Part shown: piece after piece, positions 29,206 through 38,978 of the stretch
How positions within the stretch are numbered: the first letter of the stretch is position 1
Layout: each line of letters opens with the position of its first letter
Assembly: GCA_963749705.1 (NCBI GenBank)
Contig: CAVVNQ010000003.1
Location: 448,001 to 512,000, forward strand
Source of the DNA: an uncultured Chloroflexia bacterium
GTDB taxonomy: Bacteria > Chloroflexota > Limnocylindria > Limnocylindrales > CSP1-4
Direction of reading: 5' to 3'
DNA length: 64,000 bases
Made by a program: the position numbers and the translations under genes
The notes under the pieces: model-generated
Seen by the model: only the letters and a program-made list of their open reading frames with translations
Databases searched by the model: none
What the model was told of the DNA's origin: nothing

Positions 29206-29868
29206 CTACATCCGCTCCTTGAGCCCCGCGGCGACCAGCCACCAGTTGACGGGGTAGGCGGTCAGGAACCCGAGAGCCATCCCGACCTGCATCATGAACC
29301 AGAAGGTCGCGCTGACGGGCTCCAGGTGCTCCGGGAAGGCGACCAGCTGGACGAAGATCATCCACCCGAACAGGCCCACCTCGAACGCGATGAGGGACAG
29401 GGCATCGGCCCGGATCGCCGCGACCAACCCGTCACGCAGGCCCAGACCCCGCATCGGCGCGATCGTGAGGTACTGGAACACGATCCCCAGCGAGAACGCC
29501 AGGACGAAGTCGATGACGAGCTCGGGCCACAGGGCAAGCCCGGCGATCGACAGCCCGAGCACGAACACGAGGAAGCTGCCCGCGATGTCGCCGAGCGTGC
29601 AGCCCGCTCCGCAGTGCGTGACGGCGAGGGTGGTCGCATCACGCATCGAGCGCTCGGGGCTGGGTGATCCTGCGAGCCGCCGCCAGCGCCGGAACCAGAG
29701 CACGGCCAGGGGGCCCAGGTACAGCGCGGTCACGGGCCACACGATCTCCATCACCGTCATCGAAAGCCGCTGCCCGCGGACGACGATGTCCCAGGCGATG
29801 AATGCGGCCGAGCCCACCCCGAGCAGGACAGCCAGCGACGCGACCAGCCCCAGCGGGTCGCTCAGCAT
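29206..29868 (-). CDS. DUF4396 membrane protein
   Basis: HCGAGCTLGD, FQYLTIAPM, FWFMMQVGM..GFLTAYPVNWWLV..GLKERM. Confidence 0.88.
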   Translation of the reverse strand: MLSDPLGLVASLAVLLGVGSAAFIAWDIVVRGQRLSMTVMEIVWPVTALYLGPLAVLWFRRWRRLAGSPSPERSMRDATTLAVTHCGAGCTLGDIAGSFLVFVLGLSIAGLALWPELVIDFVLAFSLGIVFQYLTIAPMRGLGLRDGLVAAIRADALSLIAFEVGLFGWMIFVQLVAFPEHLEPVSATFWFMMQVGMALGFLTAYPVNWWLVAAGLKERM

Positions 29869-29926
29869 CGGGTTCCGTCCCACCCCGGGGCATGACGGCA
29901 TCGCCTTCGCTCGGCCATGGCTCGCG

Positions 29927-30592
29927 TCAGGCGGGCCGGCGCAGCGGCTCGAGCCCGCCGCCTGGCTCCGTCATCGCTGTGATCGGGCTGTCCGGCAGCG
30001 CCTCGTAGTGCTCCGCGTGCCATTCCGCCAGCTGGTCGGCGTGACGCGTTCGAATCTCGGCGTGCTCGGCGCCAGTCGCCACCTGGACGTTGGCCCACGT
30101 CTCCCACAGCGATAGCGTGACGAACCCGTCCGGCGGGTCCACCGCGAGGTACAGCGCCTGCGGCCCGACCTGGAGCTCGCGGTCCGCGATCGTGCCCTGC
30201 CGGGCGCGCGCCACGTAGTCGTCGAGCGTGCCGCGGTTCGTGCGTCCGATGACGAGCCGGATGATCGTGACCTCCGCGTCGGGCTCCGGATCGAAGGCCA
30301 CCTCGATCGGCAGGGTCAGCAAGCTCCGGTCGGTCGTCGTGTCCAGCAGCTCCGGGTGGAACAGCGGCTTGTCGAGCTGTTCGCCGACCGCCTCGACCAT
30401 CGCCCGGCGGCTCTCCCACAGCGTCGCAACGAGGCGTGACCCGTGTTCGCCGGGTCCCCTGCGACCCGCGAAGACCGCGCGGTTCCCCGGAAGGCGGGCA
30501 GCGTCCGGGATCAGGATCGCGCGGAGCGACCGATCGAACCCGGGGCCGGTGGGCCGGAACCGGACGAGCCGGAGGATGGACGCGTTCAACAC
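29927..30592 (-). CDS. Hypothetical protein with two ABM-like (dimeric alpha-beta barrel) repeats
   Basis: Paired motifs LVATLWESRRAM and FVTLSLWETWANV; RBS AGGAG before GTG. Confidence 0.6.
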   Translation of the reverse strand: MLNASILRLVRFRPTGPGFDRSLRAILIPDAARLPGNRAVFAGRRGPGEHGSRLVATLWESRRAMVEAVGEQLDKPLFHPELLDTTTDRSLLTLPIEVAFDPEPDAEVTIIRLVIGRTNRGTLDDYVARARQGTIADRELQVGPQALYLAVDPPDGFVTLSLWETWANVQVATGAEHAEIRTRHADQLAEWHAEHYEALPDSPITAMTEPGGGLEPLRRPA

Positions 30593-30778
30593 ATGCTCCT
30601 GAGGGCACTGCTGAGGGCACTGCGGAGCGTACGCAGTCCGTGGCTTGCCTGCAACACCATCGCCTGCAATCCGCCTGTGACCGGCACGGCGTCGGGAGCG
30701 TCGCGGACGCGAGGAAGCGACGAGTATCCTCACCGCCACGCTGATGTGGGTCAGCTCGTGAACCCATGGGAGAATCCA

Positions 30779-31120
30779 GTGGACGAGCCCCTCCGAGATC
30801 ATCCGGTGCTTGGCCCCATCGCCCGGGACGAGGCCATCAGGGCCGCCGTCCAGGCCGGTTACGCGGACGTCCTGCTCACGGATCGTCGGCTCGTGATCGC
30901 CTCGGAGGCGCGGGTCATGCTGGACGTGGGGCTGGATGACGTGCGGCGGATCCAGTTCGACATCGAGCGGATCCGTCCCGCGACGCTGGTCGTCGTTCCC
31001 GAGCATGCGGCACACCCGCCACAGGTGATCGCCGTGCCGCCCGACCAGTACGGGCGTGTCGCGGAGCTCCTGGTCGTTCTCGGCCAACGCCTGGCGGCGA
31101 GCCTCGACGGGGAGTCATGA
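30779..31120 (+). CDS. Hypothetical protein, bacterial PH-like fold
   Basis: VLLTDRRLVIA...DDVRRIQFD pattern. Confidence 0.55.
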   Translation: MDEPLRDHPVLGPIARDEAIRAAVQAGYADVLLTDRRLVIASEARVMLDVGLDDVRRIQFDIERIRPATLVVVPEHAAHPPQVIAVPPDQYGRVAELLVVLGQRLAASLDGES

Positions 31121-31148
31121 TGGTTGCCCGCCGCCTGGAGGTGTCGTC

Positions 31149-31616
31149 CTGGAGACCGAGAAGCAACGCGTCGACCGCGAGCTGATCGAGCAGCTCAACG
31201 AGTTTCGCGTCGCCCTGCCCGGCGTGCAGGTGCTGTTCGCGTTCCTGCTCGTCCTGCCCTTCCAGACGGCGTTCGACAAGGTGACGCCGCTCCAGCTGGA
31301 CGTGTACTACCTCGCATTCATCGCGACGACGACCGCCTCGGTCCTGCTGATCGCGCCGACGACCTACCACCGCATCACCTTCCGGGAGCCGGACAAGGCG
31401 CGGATGCTCCGGACGTCAAACCGCCTGTTCCTGATCGGGATGGCGCTGCTCGGCCTGTCCATCGTGTCGGTGCTGTACCTCGTGACGAGCGTCGTCCTCG
31501 GGGACGGGATGGGCATCCTGGCGGCGGCCGTGGTGGCGGTCCTCGTGGTCTACCTGTGGTTCGGGCTGCCGCTCCTGCGCAAGGCTCGCGATGCGAGCCG
31601 GCGCGCCTCGGGCTGA
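31149..31616 (+). CDS. DUF6328 family membrane protein (start codon uncertain, CTG)
   Basis: ETEKQRVDRELIEQLNEFRVALPGVQVLFAFLL.LPFQ..F, LLIAP..YHR. Confidence 0.85.
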   Translation: METEKQRVDRELIEQLNEFRVALPGVQVLFAFLLVLPFQTAFDKVTPLQLDVYYLAFIATTTASVLLIAPTTYHRITFREPDKARMLRTSNRLFLIGMALLGLSIVSVLYLVTSVVLGDGMGILAAAVVAVLVVYLWFGLPLLRKARDASRRASG

Positions 31617-31676
31617 CGGCGCCGGCGGGGACGCGCGGTCTGACGCGATCGGCCGCCTGTTCCGCGCAGATCGCCG

Positions 31677-32021
31677 CTAACCCCCGGCGACCTCGCGGCA
31701 GAGGACCGTCGGCGCCAGCGTGCCGACCGAGCACCGCTGCTCGAGATAGGCGAGCGGGTCATAGTCGGCCGGGTGCGCGGCCGGTACCTGCTCCCAGGCC
31801 GCACGCCAGTCGGCAATGGACCGGCACGCGCGGACGGCATCGTCGAGCGGACTGACCTTCACCGGGGCCCCCGCGCGCGGCTCGGCGTTCCGGAATGCGG
31901 CGACGCACGCGGCGTAGTCAGTCGTCCCGTTCGTCGTCGAGCTGGTGGTGCAGGCGCCGGCGGCGATCGCGAGCACGACGGCAAGGACCGCAGCCGGGAT
32001 CGAGCGTTGCAGTCGCGGCAT
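31677..32021 (-). CDS. Putative lipoprotein
   Basis: Hydrophobic leader ending AGAC (lipobox), Ser/Thr linker, four further Cys. Confidence 0.6.
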   Translation of the reverse strand: MPRLQRSIPAAVLAVVLAIAAGACTTSSTTNGTTDYAACVAAFRNAEPRAGAPVKVSPLDDAVRACRSIADWRAAWEQVPAAHPADYDPLAYLEQRCSVGTLAPTVLCREVAGG

Positions 32022-32304
32022 GACCCAAGCCTGCCCGCGGATCCGTGTCCGGACGATCAGCGATGGACCCACGAGCCTAACGACGGCATTCCAGGCGCTC
32101 CGTCGACCGGTCGTCCCGCGCCGGGGCGTGCGCCGGCGTGGTGGCGTGCGCCGGCTTGCCGGCCGAGGGGTCGTGCAAGGAAACCGAAACGGCGGCACCG
32201 GGAACTGTGGTTGGGGGTGGTCCGGTGGTCCGCGTACGTTGGCCGGGTGGTGACGTCGGGCGACGACTCGGCGGGCCCTTGAGCACGGAGGCGCCGGTGG
32301 ACGA

Positions 32305-33537
32305 GTGGTCAGAGCGCTCGATGGGACGCCGGGAATGGTGTCCGGATGGAGGGGAGGGCTGACGCGCGCAGGACGCGCAGGCGGCGGCAACGGGTCGACG
32401 ACGGCCCCGCTGAACGATGCCCGGCCGGTCTCGCGAGACGCGCCCCGCATCGAAGCGGTGGACGTCAGCGTGTACACGATCCCCACCGATGCCCCCGAGT
32501 CGGACGGAACCCTCGCCTGGGATCGCACCACCATCATCGTCGTGGAGCCCCGCGCGGGCGGGGTCAGGGGCCTGGGCTACACGTACGCGGATGCGACGGC
32601 CGGCCGCCTGATCCGGGACACGCTGGCACCGGTCGTGATCGGCCGTGACGCGTGGGACGTGGCGGGCACGTGGTCGGCGCTGGTGGACCGGGTCCGCAAC
32701 CTCGGCCGTCCGGGCATCGCCGCCACCGCGATCTCGGCCGTCGACAACGCGCTCTGGGACCTGAAGGCGCAGCTGCTGGGGCTCTCGCTCGTCGATCTGG
32801 TGGGGCGGGCGCGACCCGCGATCCCGGCCTACGGCAGCGGCGGCTTCTGCTCGTACGACGACGCGCGCCTCCGTGACCAGCTCGGGGGCTGGGCCGCCGA
32901 CGGGTTCCGGTTCGTCAAGATGAAGGTCGGCCGCGACCAGGCCGACGACCCACGCCGGGTTGACGTGGCGCGGGCCGCGATCGGCGCGTCGGTCGAGCTG
33001 TTCGTCGACGGCAACGGCGCCTACCACCAGCATCGCGCGCGGGCCGCCGCCGCGGCGTTTGCCGAGCGTGGCGTGACCTGGTTCGAGGAGCCCGTCAGCT
33101 CCGACGACGTCGCCGGCCTGCGGCGCATTCGCGACGCGGCTCCGGCGGGCATGGCGATCGCCGCCGGCGAGTACGGGTGGGACGCCTTCAACCTCCGGCG
33201 CCTGCTGGACGCGGGTGCCGTGGACGTCCTCCAGGCGGATGCGACGCGCTGCCTCGGCACGACCGGATTTGGCGTCGCCGCCGCCCTGTGCGAGGCGCAT
33301 GCCACGCCGCTTTCGGCCCACTGCGCCCCCGCCCTGCACGCACACCTCGCCTGCGCCGCGCGCCCCGCCGTGCACGTCGAGTGGTTCCACGACCACGTCC
33401 GCATCGAGCGGCTGCTGTTCGACGGCGCCGTCCAGCCGCGCGACGGGCTGCTCGAGCCGGACCCGCAGCGGCCGGGTGTCGGCCTCGAGCTCAAGCGATC
33501 CGACGCACAACCGTACCTGGAGTGGACCACCGCATGA
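32305..33537 (+). CDS. Mandelate racemase/muconate lactonizing enzyme family (start uncertain)
   Basis: SAVDNALWDL, KMKVG, VDGNG, WFEEP, AGEY, SAHC. Confidence 0.92.
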   Translation: MVRALDGTPGMVSGWRGGLTRAGRAGGGNGSTTAPLNDARPVSRDAPRIEAVDVSVYTIPTDAPESDGTLAWDRTTIIVVEPRAGGVRGLGYTYADATAGRLIRDTLAPVVIGRDAWDVAGTWSALVDRVRNLGRPGIAATAISAVDNALWDLKAQLLGLSLVDLVGRARPAIPAYGSGGFCSYDDARLRDQLGGWAADGFRFVKMKVGRDQADDPRRVDVARAAIGASVELFVDGNGAYHQHRARAAAAAFAERGVTWFEEPVSSDDVAGLRRIRDAAPAGMAIAAGEYGWDAFNLRRLLDAGAVDVLQADATRCLGTTGFGVAAALCEAHATPLSAHCAPALHAHLACAARPAVHVEWFHDHVRIERLLFDGAVQPRDGLLEPDPQRPGVGLELKRSDAQPYLEWTTA

Positions 33538-36500
33538 CCCTCACCCGCCAGCGCCCCATCGCTCCGACCCGGCACCCCGCCGACGGCAACCGCGAGCTGC
33601 CATCCGACGCCGAGCACCTCGCGGTCGACCTGCTGAACGCCGTGCGTGGCGAGGTGCGCTTCGACGCCGGGAGCCGGGCGCTGTACGCGACGGACGCCTC
33701 GAACTACCGGCAGGTCCCGATCGGTGTCGTCATCCCGCGCGACACGGACGACGTGATCGCGGCGGTCGAGGTGTGCCGGGCGCACGACGCCCCGATCGTG
33801 TCGCGGGGCGGCGGCACCAGCCTGGCCGGCCAGGGCTGCAACGTCGCCGTGCTGATCGACCACAGCAAGTACCACAGCCAGCTGCTCGAGCTCGACCCGG
33901 CGGGACGCTCGGCGCGTGTCCGGCCCGGGATCGTGCTCGACGACCTGCGGGATGCCGCGGAGGCGCACCACCTCACGTTCGGTCCCGACCCCGCGACCCA
34001 CGACCACTGCACCCTGGGCGGCATGATCGGCAACAACTCCTGCGGCGTGCACTCCGTCATGGCGGGCAAGACGGTGGACAACGTGCTGGAGCTCGACGTG
34101 CTCGCGTACGACGGGACGCGCCTGCGGGTGGGTCCCACCGATGATGCGGCGTTCGAGCGGATCGTCGCCGCCGGCGGCCGGCCAGCCGAGATCTACCGGG
34201 GCATGCGCGACCTGCGGGACCGTCACGCGGACCAGGTGCGGGCACGCTACCCGGACATCCCGCGGCGGGTCTCGGGATACAACCTGCCGGAGCTGCTGCC
34301 GGAAGCCGGCTTCAACGTCGCGAAGGCGCTGGTCGGCTCCGAATCGACGCTCGTCACGGTGCTCGAGGCCAAGCTCCGCCTCGTGCCCAGCCCGCCCGGC
34401 CGGACGCTCGTCGCCGTCGGGTATCCGGATGCCTACACGGCCGGCGACGACGTCCCGCGGGTGATCGAGTCGGGCTGCATCGCGTGCGAGGGGATGGACC
34501 AGAACCTCGTTCGCGACGTTCGCTCCCGGGGGATCCACCCGGATGCCCTGGGGCTCCTGCCCGAGGGCCGGGCCTACCTCCTGGTCGAGTTCGGCGGAGC
34601 AGATCGCGAGGAGTCCGACGCCCGCGGGCGCGAGTTCGTGCGGGACCTCGAGCGGCGACGGGATGACGTCCACACGAGGCTCTACGACGATCCCGCCGAC
34701 GAGCAGAAGCTGTGGCGCGTTCGCGAGTCGGGGCTCGGGGTGACGGCGATGGTCCCGGGCAAGCCGACCACCGGTCCCGGCTGGGAGGATTCGGCGGTCC
34801 CGCCCGAGCGGCTGGGCGACTACCTTCGCAAGCTCCGGGCCCTGTGGGACCGCTACGGCTACAGCGCCGACATGTACGGCCACTTCGGCCAGGGCGTGCT
34901 CCACTGTCGCCTCGACTTCGACCTCGTCACCGCGGGCGGGCTGGAGACCTTCCGGCGCTACCTGAACGAGGCGGCCGAGCTCGTGGTGGGGATGGGCGGC
35001 TCGCTGTCGGGCGAGCACGGGGACGGCCAGGCGCGCGGCGAGCTGCTGCCGATCATGTTCGGCGACGAGCTCGTGGGTGCCTTCGAGGAGCTCAAGGACC
35101 TGTGGGATCCGCGGGGACGCATGAACCCCGGCAAGATCGTCCGCCCGAACCCGATCCTGTCCGACCTGCGCCTGGGCGTGGACTACGCCCCACCTCGTCC
35201 CCGGACGTGGTTCCGGTACCCGGAGGACGGCGGGTCCTTCGGCCACGCCGCGTTCCGATGCGTCGGCGTGGGCGAGTGCCGGCGCCACGACGGCGGCGTG
35301 ATGTGCCCCAGCTACATGGTCACCCGCGAGGAGCGGCATTCGACCCGGGGCCGGTCGCGGCTCCTGTTCGAGCTGCTCAACGGAACGGAGCTCGAGGGCG
35401 GCTGGCGCAACGACGACGTCGAGGAGGCGCTCGACCTGTGCCTCGCCTGCAAGGGCTGCAAGGGGGACTGCCCGGTCAACGTGGACATGGCCACGTACAA
35501 GGCCGAGTTCCGCGCCCACCACTACGCCGGCCGGCTCCGCCCGCGCGCGGCGTATTCGATGGGCCTCATCCACTGGTGGGCGGGCCTGGCCTCGCGCGCG
35601 CCGCGCCTGGTGAACGCTGCCGCGCATGCGCCGGGTCTCGGGCGACTTGCGAAGCTCGTTGGCGGGATCGCCCCCGAGCGCGAGATCCCCCGCTTCGCGG
35701 ACGAGACGTTCCGCGCGTGGTGGCGCCGGCGCGGTGGCGCCACGACTGGGCGGCGGGGCCGCGGGTCGGGCTCGGCGACGGAGACGAGCGGGGCACCGGC
35801 CGCCGGATCGGCGCGACGCGTGATCCTGTGGGCGGACACGTTCAACGATGCGTTCCATCCCCAGGTCCTCCGCGCGGCCGTCCGCGTCCTCGAGGATGCC
35901 GGTTGCGAGGTCGTCGTGCCGGAGAGGCGCCTGTGCTGCGGGCGGCCGCTCTACGACTGGGGCTTCCTGGGCCAGGCCAAGGGCCTGCTGACCACGGTCC
36001 TCACCGAGCTCCGGGACGAGATCCGCTCGGGCGTCCCGATCGTCGGTCTCGAGCCCTCGTGCGTGTCCGTGTTTCGTGACGAGGCGCCGAACCTGCTCCA
36101 CGGCCACATCGACGCCCGGCGCCTCGCGGACCAGACGCACACGATCACGGAGCTCCTTGCGTCGCTCGACGGCTATCGGCCGCCGCGGATCGAGGGCCGC
36201 GCCCTGGTCCACGGGCACTGTCACCACCGGTCCGTGCTGGACTTCGACGCCGAGCTGGCCGTGCTGCGCGAGGCGGGCCTCGAGCTCGAGGTGCCCGACA
36301 GCGGCTGCTGCGGCATGGCCGGTGCGTTCGGCTTCGAGCGCGGCGAGCACTTCGACGTGTCGATCGCGGCCGGCGAGCGCGTGCTCCTGCCGGCCGTTCG
36401 CAAGGCGGCCCCCGCCGCCCACGTCGTGACCGGGGGCTTCAGCTGTCGCGAGCAGGTCGAGCAGACCACCGACCGCCGGGTCGTTCACCCGGTCGAGCTC

Positions 36501-36671
36501 TTGGCCACCGCGCTCGAGCGACGTGCGGGGGACGCCTCGCGCGGCGCGGGCAGCCCGGGCTCCGGCTCGCCGGACGTGGCTGCAGGCTCGCCCGACGTGG
36601 CCGCGTGGCCGCGCGGCCGCGCGGCCGCGACACCCGTCGCCTTCACCAGCAACACGGAGGTGACCGACTGA
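33534..36671 (+). CDS. FAD-linked oxidase with 4Fe-4S and CCG domains (GlcD-GlpC/YdiJ-like)
   Basis: RGGGTSLAGQ, GGMIGNNSCG, SGEHGDG, CVGVGEC, CLACKGC..DCP, LCCG, HGHCH, GCCGMAG. Confidence 0.93.
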   Translation: MTLTRQRPIAPTRHPADGNRELPSDAEHLAVDLLNAVRGEVRFDAGSRALYATDASNYRQVPIGVVIPRDTDDVIAAVEVCRAHDAPIVSRGGGTSLAGQGCNVAVLIDHSKYHSQLLELDPAGRSARVRPGIVLDDLRDAAEAHHLTFGPDPATHDHCTLGGMIGNNSCGVHSVMAGKTVDNVLELDVLAYDGTRLRVGPTDDAAFERIVAAGGRPAEIYRGMRDLRDRHADQVRARYPDIPRRVSGYNLPELLPEAGFNVAKALVGSESTLVTVLEAKLRLVPSPPGRTLVAVGYPDAYTAGDDVPRVIESGCIACEGMDQNLVRDVRSRGIHPDALGLLPEGRAYLLVEFGGADREESDARGREFVRDLERRRDDVHTRLYDDPADEQKLWRVRESGLGVTAMVPGKPTTGPGWEDSAVPPERLGDYLRKLRALWDRYGYSADMYGHFGQGVLHCRLDFDLVTAGGLETFRRYLNEAAELVVGMGGSLSGEHGDGQARGELLPIMFGDELVGAFEELKDLWDPRGRMNPGKIVRPNPILSDLRLGVDYAPPRPRTWFRYPEDGGSFGHAAFRCVGVGECRRHDGGVMCPSYMVTREERHSTRGRSRLLFELLNGTELEGGWRNDDVEEALDLCLACKGCKGDCPVNVDMATYKAEFRAHHYAGRLRPRAAYSMGLIHWWAGLASRAPRLVNAAAHAPGLGRLAKLVGGIAPEREIPRFADETFRAWWRRRGGATTGRRGRGSGSATETSGAPAAGSARRVILWADTFNDAFHPQVLRAAVRVLEDAGCEVVVPERRLCCGRPLYDWGFLGQAKGLLTTVLTELRDEIRSGVPIVGLEPSCVSVFRDEAPNLLHGHIDARRLADQTHTITELLASLDGYRPPRIEGRALVHGHCHHRSVLDFDAELAVLREAGLELEVPDSGCCGMAGAFGFERGEHFDVSIAAGERVLLPAVRKAAPAAHVVTGGFSCREQVEQTTDRRVVHPVELLATALERRAGDASRGAGSPGSGSPDVAAGSPDVAAWPRGRAAATPVAFTSNTEVTD

Positions 36672-37225
36672 TGCGCACCCTGACCCTGTCCACCGGCCCG
36701 GACCGCTCGATCGCGGTCGTGTTCGACCCCGGCGACGAGCCGATCGAGGGCCTCACCGGTGTCGCCCGCGACGCCGGGCTCGACGCCGCGCATTTCACGG
36801 CGATCGGCGCGTTCCAGGACGCGACCGTCGGCTGGTTCGACCTCGAGGTGCGCGACTACCGGCGGATCGAGGTGGACGAGCAGGTGGAGGTCCTGGCGCT
36901 CGTCGGCGACATCACCAGGGCGGGACCCGATTCGGGCGATGAGCCCAAGGTCCACGCCCACGTCGTCCTCGGGCGCTCCGACGGCTCGCTGGTTGGTGGT
37001 CACCTGCTCGCCGGGCGAGTCCGCCCCACCCTCGAGGTGATGCTGACCGAGACGCCAGCCGAGCTTCGCCGCTCGCACGATCCGGCCACCGGGCTCGCGC
37101 TGATCGACCTCGCTCGATCCAGCGGGCCGGCGAGCCGCGGCGGTGACGCGCCCAACCCACCCGCAAGCGAGGCCGCCGAGCCCCCGACGAGGACCGCGGC
37201 GGCCGATGGAGGTTCCCATGCCTAG
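36671..37225 (+). CDS. PPC/DUF296 domain protein
   Basis: FTAIGA, EVLALVGDI, HAHVVLG...GGHL...PTLEV. Confidence 0.9.
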   Translation: MRTLTLSTGPDRSIAVVFDPGDEPIEGLTGVARDAGLDAAHFTAIGAFQDATVGWFDLEVRDYRRIEVDEQVEVLALVGDITRAGPDSGDEPKVHAHVVLGRSDGSLVGGHLLAGRVRPTLEVMLTETPAELRRSHDPATGLALIDLARSSGPASRGGDAPNPPASEAAEPPTRTAAADGGSHA

Positions 37226-38975
37226 GACTGCCGCCGACGTACTCATCGAGACGCTCCTTGACTGGAGCGTCGACACGATCTTCGGGCTCCCGGGTGATGG
37301 CATCAACGGGCTCATGGAGTCGCTGCGCACGCACCAGGAGGACATCCGGTTCGTGCAGGTCCGGCACGAGGAATCCGCGGCCCTCGCGGCATCCTCGTAT
37401 GCCAAGTTCACCGGGCGCCTGGGCGTCTGCCTTGCCACGTCCGGACCGGGTGGCATCCACCTGCTCAACGGGCTGTACGACGCGAAGCTCGATGGCGCCG
37501 CCGTGCTCGCGATCACCGGTCACCACTACAGCGACCTCATCGACACCGCCCAGCAGCAGGACGTCGACCTGTCGCGGGTGTTCGAGGACGTGACCGTCTA
37601 CAACACGCGCGTCATGAACTCGGCGCACGTGGCCGCCGTCACGCCGCTCGCGTGTCGCATGGCGCTGGCCCGACGCGGGGTGGCGCACATCTGCTTCCCG
37701 ACCGACCTGCAGAGCCTCCCCGCGGACGACGGCCCGCGCTCGAAGGACGATGTCCCGGGCCACGCCGGGGACGTGTTCGTGCTGGGCGCCTCGGTGCCGT
37801 CCGATTCGGAGCTGCGTCGCGCCGCCTCGTTGCTCAACGAGGGGTCCCGGGTGGCCATCCTCGCCGGACGCGGCGCGATCGACGCCGGCGACGTGCTGGA
37901 GCGCGTCGCGGACAGGCTCGCGGCGCCCGTCATCACGGCCCTGCTGGGCAAGGGCGTCATCCCCGACGACAGCCCGTTCGCCACCGGTCCGATCGGCCTG
38001 CTGGGCACCACGCCGTCCGAGGACGCGCTCCGCGAGTGCGACACCCTGCTGATCGTCGGCAGCTCGTTCCCGTACATCGAGTTCTACCCCGAGCCCGGGT
38101 CCGTGCAGGCCGTCCAGATCGACATCGACCCCGCGCGGATCGGGCTTCGCCATCCGGTGGATGTGGGACTCGTGGGCGACGCGCGGCGATCGCTCGAGGC
38201 GCTCCTGCCGCTGCTCCGGCAGACCACCGACGACCGCTCGTTCCTGGAGCACGCGCAGGCGGGCATGGCCGACTGGTGGGCGCTCATGGACGAGCGCGCC
38301 GCCCGCCTGGAGACGCCGCTCAAGCCGCAGCAGGTGGCGGCCGAGCTCGGCCGCCGGCTGGACGACGACGCGATCGTCGTCTCCGATTCGGGCACGATCA
38401 CGAGCTGGTTTGCCCGCCACATCCGCGCCCGGCGAGGCCAGCGCTTCTCGGTCTCGGGCAACCTCGCGACGATGGCCTGTGGCCTGCCGTACGCGATCGG
38501 GGCCCAGGTCGCCCATCCGGATCGGCAGGTGGTCGCCCTCGTCGGCGACGGCGGGTTCAGCATGCTCATGGCCGATTTCGTGACGGCCGTGAAGTACGAG
38601 CTCCCGATCAAGGTCGTCGTGTTCAAGAACGACTACCTGGGCCAGATCAAGTGGGAGCAGATCGCCTTCCTGGGCAACCCCGAGTTCGGCGTGGAGCTCC
38701 AGCCGATCGACTTCGCGATGGTGGCCCGAGCCTGCGGTGGAACGGGCGTGACGATCGACGATCCGCACGCCTGCGCCGGTCAGATCGAACAGGCGCTTGC
38801 GACACCGGGCCCCGTCGTCATCGAGGCCGTCGTGGACCCGTTGGAGATGCCGATGCCCGCGCGGATCAGCCGCAAGCAGGCGACCAACTTCGCGGAGGCG
38901 CTGTTGCGCGGCCAGCCGGACCGGGTCGAGATCGCCGCCGGCGCGCTCGGACAGAAGATCCGGGAGATGGTGTAG
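37218..38975 (+). CDS. ThDP-dependent pyruvate oxidase/dehydrogenase-like enzyme (PoxB family)
   Basis: FGLPGDGIN, VRHEE, TSGPGGIHLLNGLYDAKLD, GDGGFSM...KN. Confidence 0.93.
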   Translation: MPRTAADVLIETLLDWSVDTIFGLPGDGINGLMESLRTHQEDIRFVQVRHEESAALAASSYAKFTGRLGVCLATSGPGGIHLLNGLYDAKLDGAAVLAITGHHYSDLIDTAQQQDVDLSRVFEDVTVYNTRVMNSAHVAAVTPLACRMALARRGVAHICFPTDLQSLPADDGPRSKDDVPGHAGDVFVLGASVPSDSELRRAASLLNEGSRVAILAGRGAIDAGDVLERVADRLAAPVITALLGKGVIPDDSPFATGPIGLLGTTPSEDALRECDTLLIVGSSFPYIEFYPEPGSVQAVQIDIDPARIGLRHPVDVGLVGDARRSLEALLPLLRQTTDDRSFLEHAQAGMADWWALMDERAARLETPLKPQQVAAELGRRLDDDAIVVSDSGTITSWFARHIRARRGQRFSVSGNLATMACGLPYAIGAQVAHPDRQVVALVGDGGFSMLMADFVTAVKYELPIKVVVFKNDYLGQIKWEQIAFLGNPEFGVELQPIDFAMVARACGGTGVTIDDPHACAGQIEQALATPGPVVIEAVVDPLEMPMPARISRKQATNFAEALLRGQPDRVEIAAGALGQKIREMV

Positions 38976-38978
38976 CTC

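Noticed and set aside
36563-36604. 21-bp duplication encoding GSPDVAA twice
   Set aside because: Low-complexity, non-conserved C-terminal tail of the oxidase
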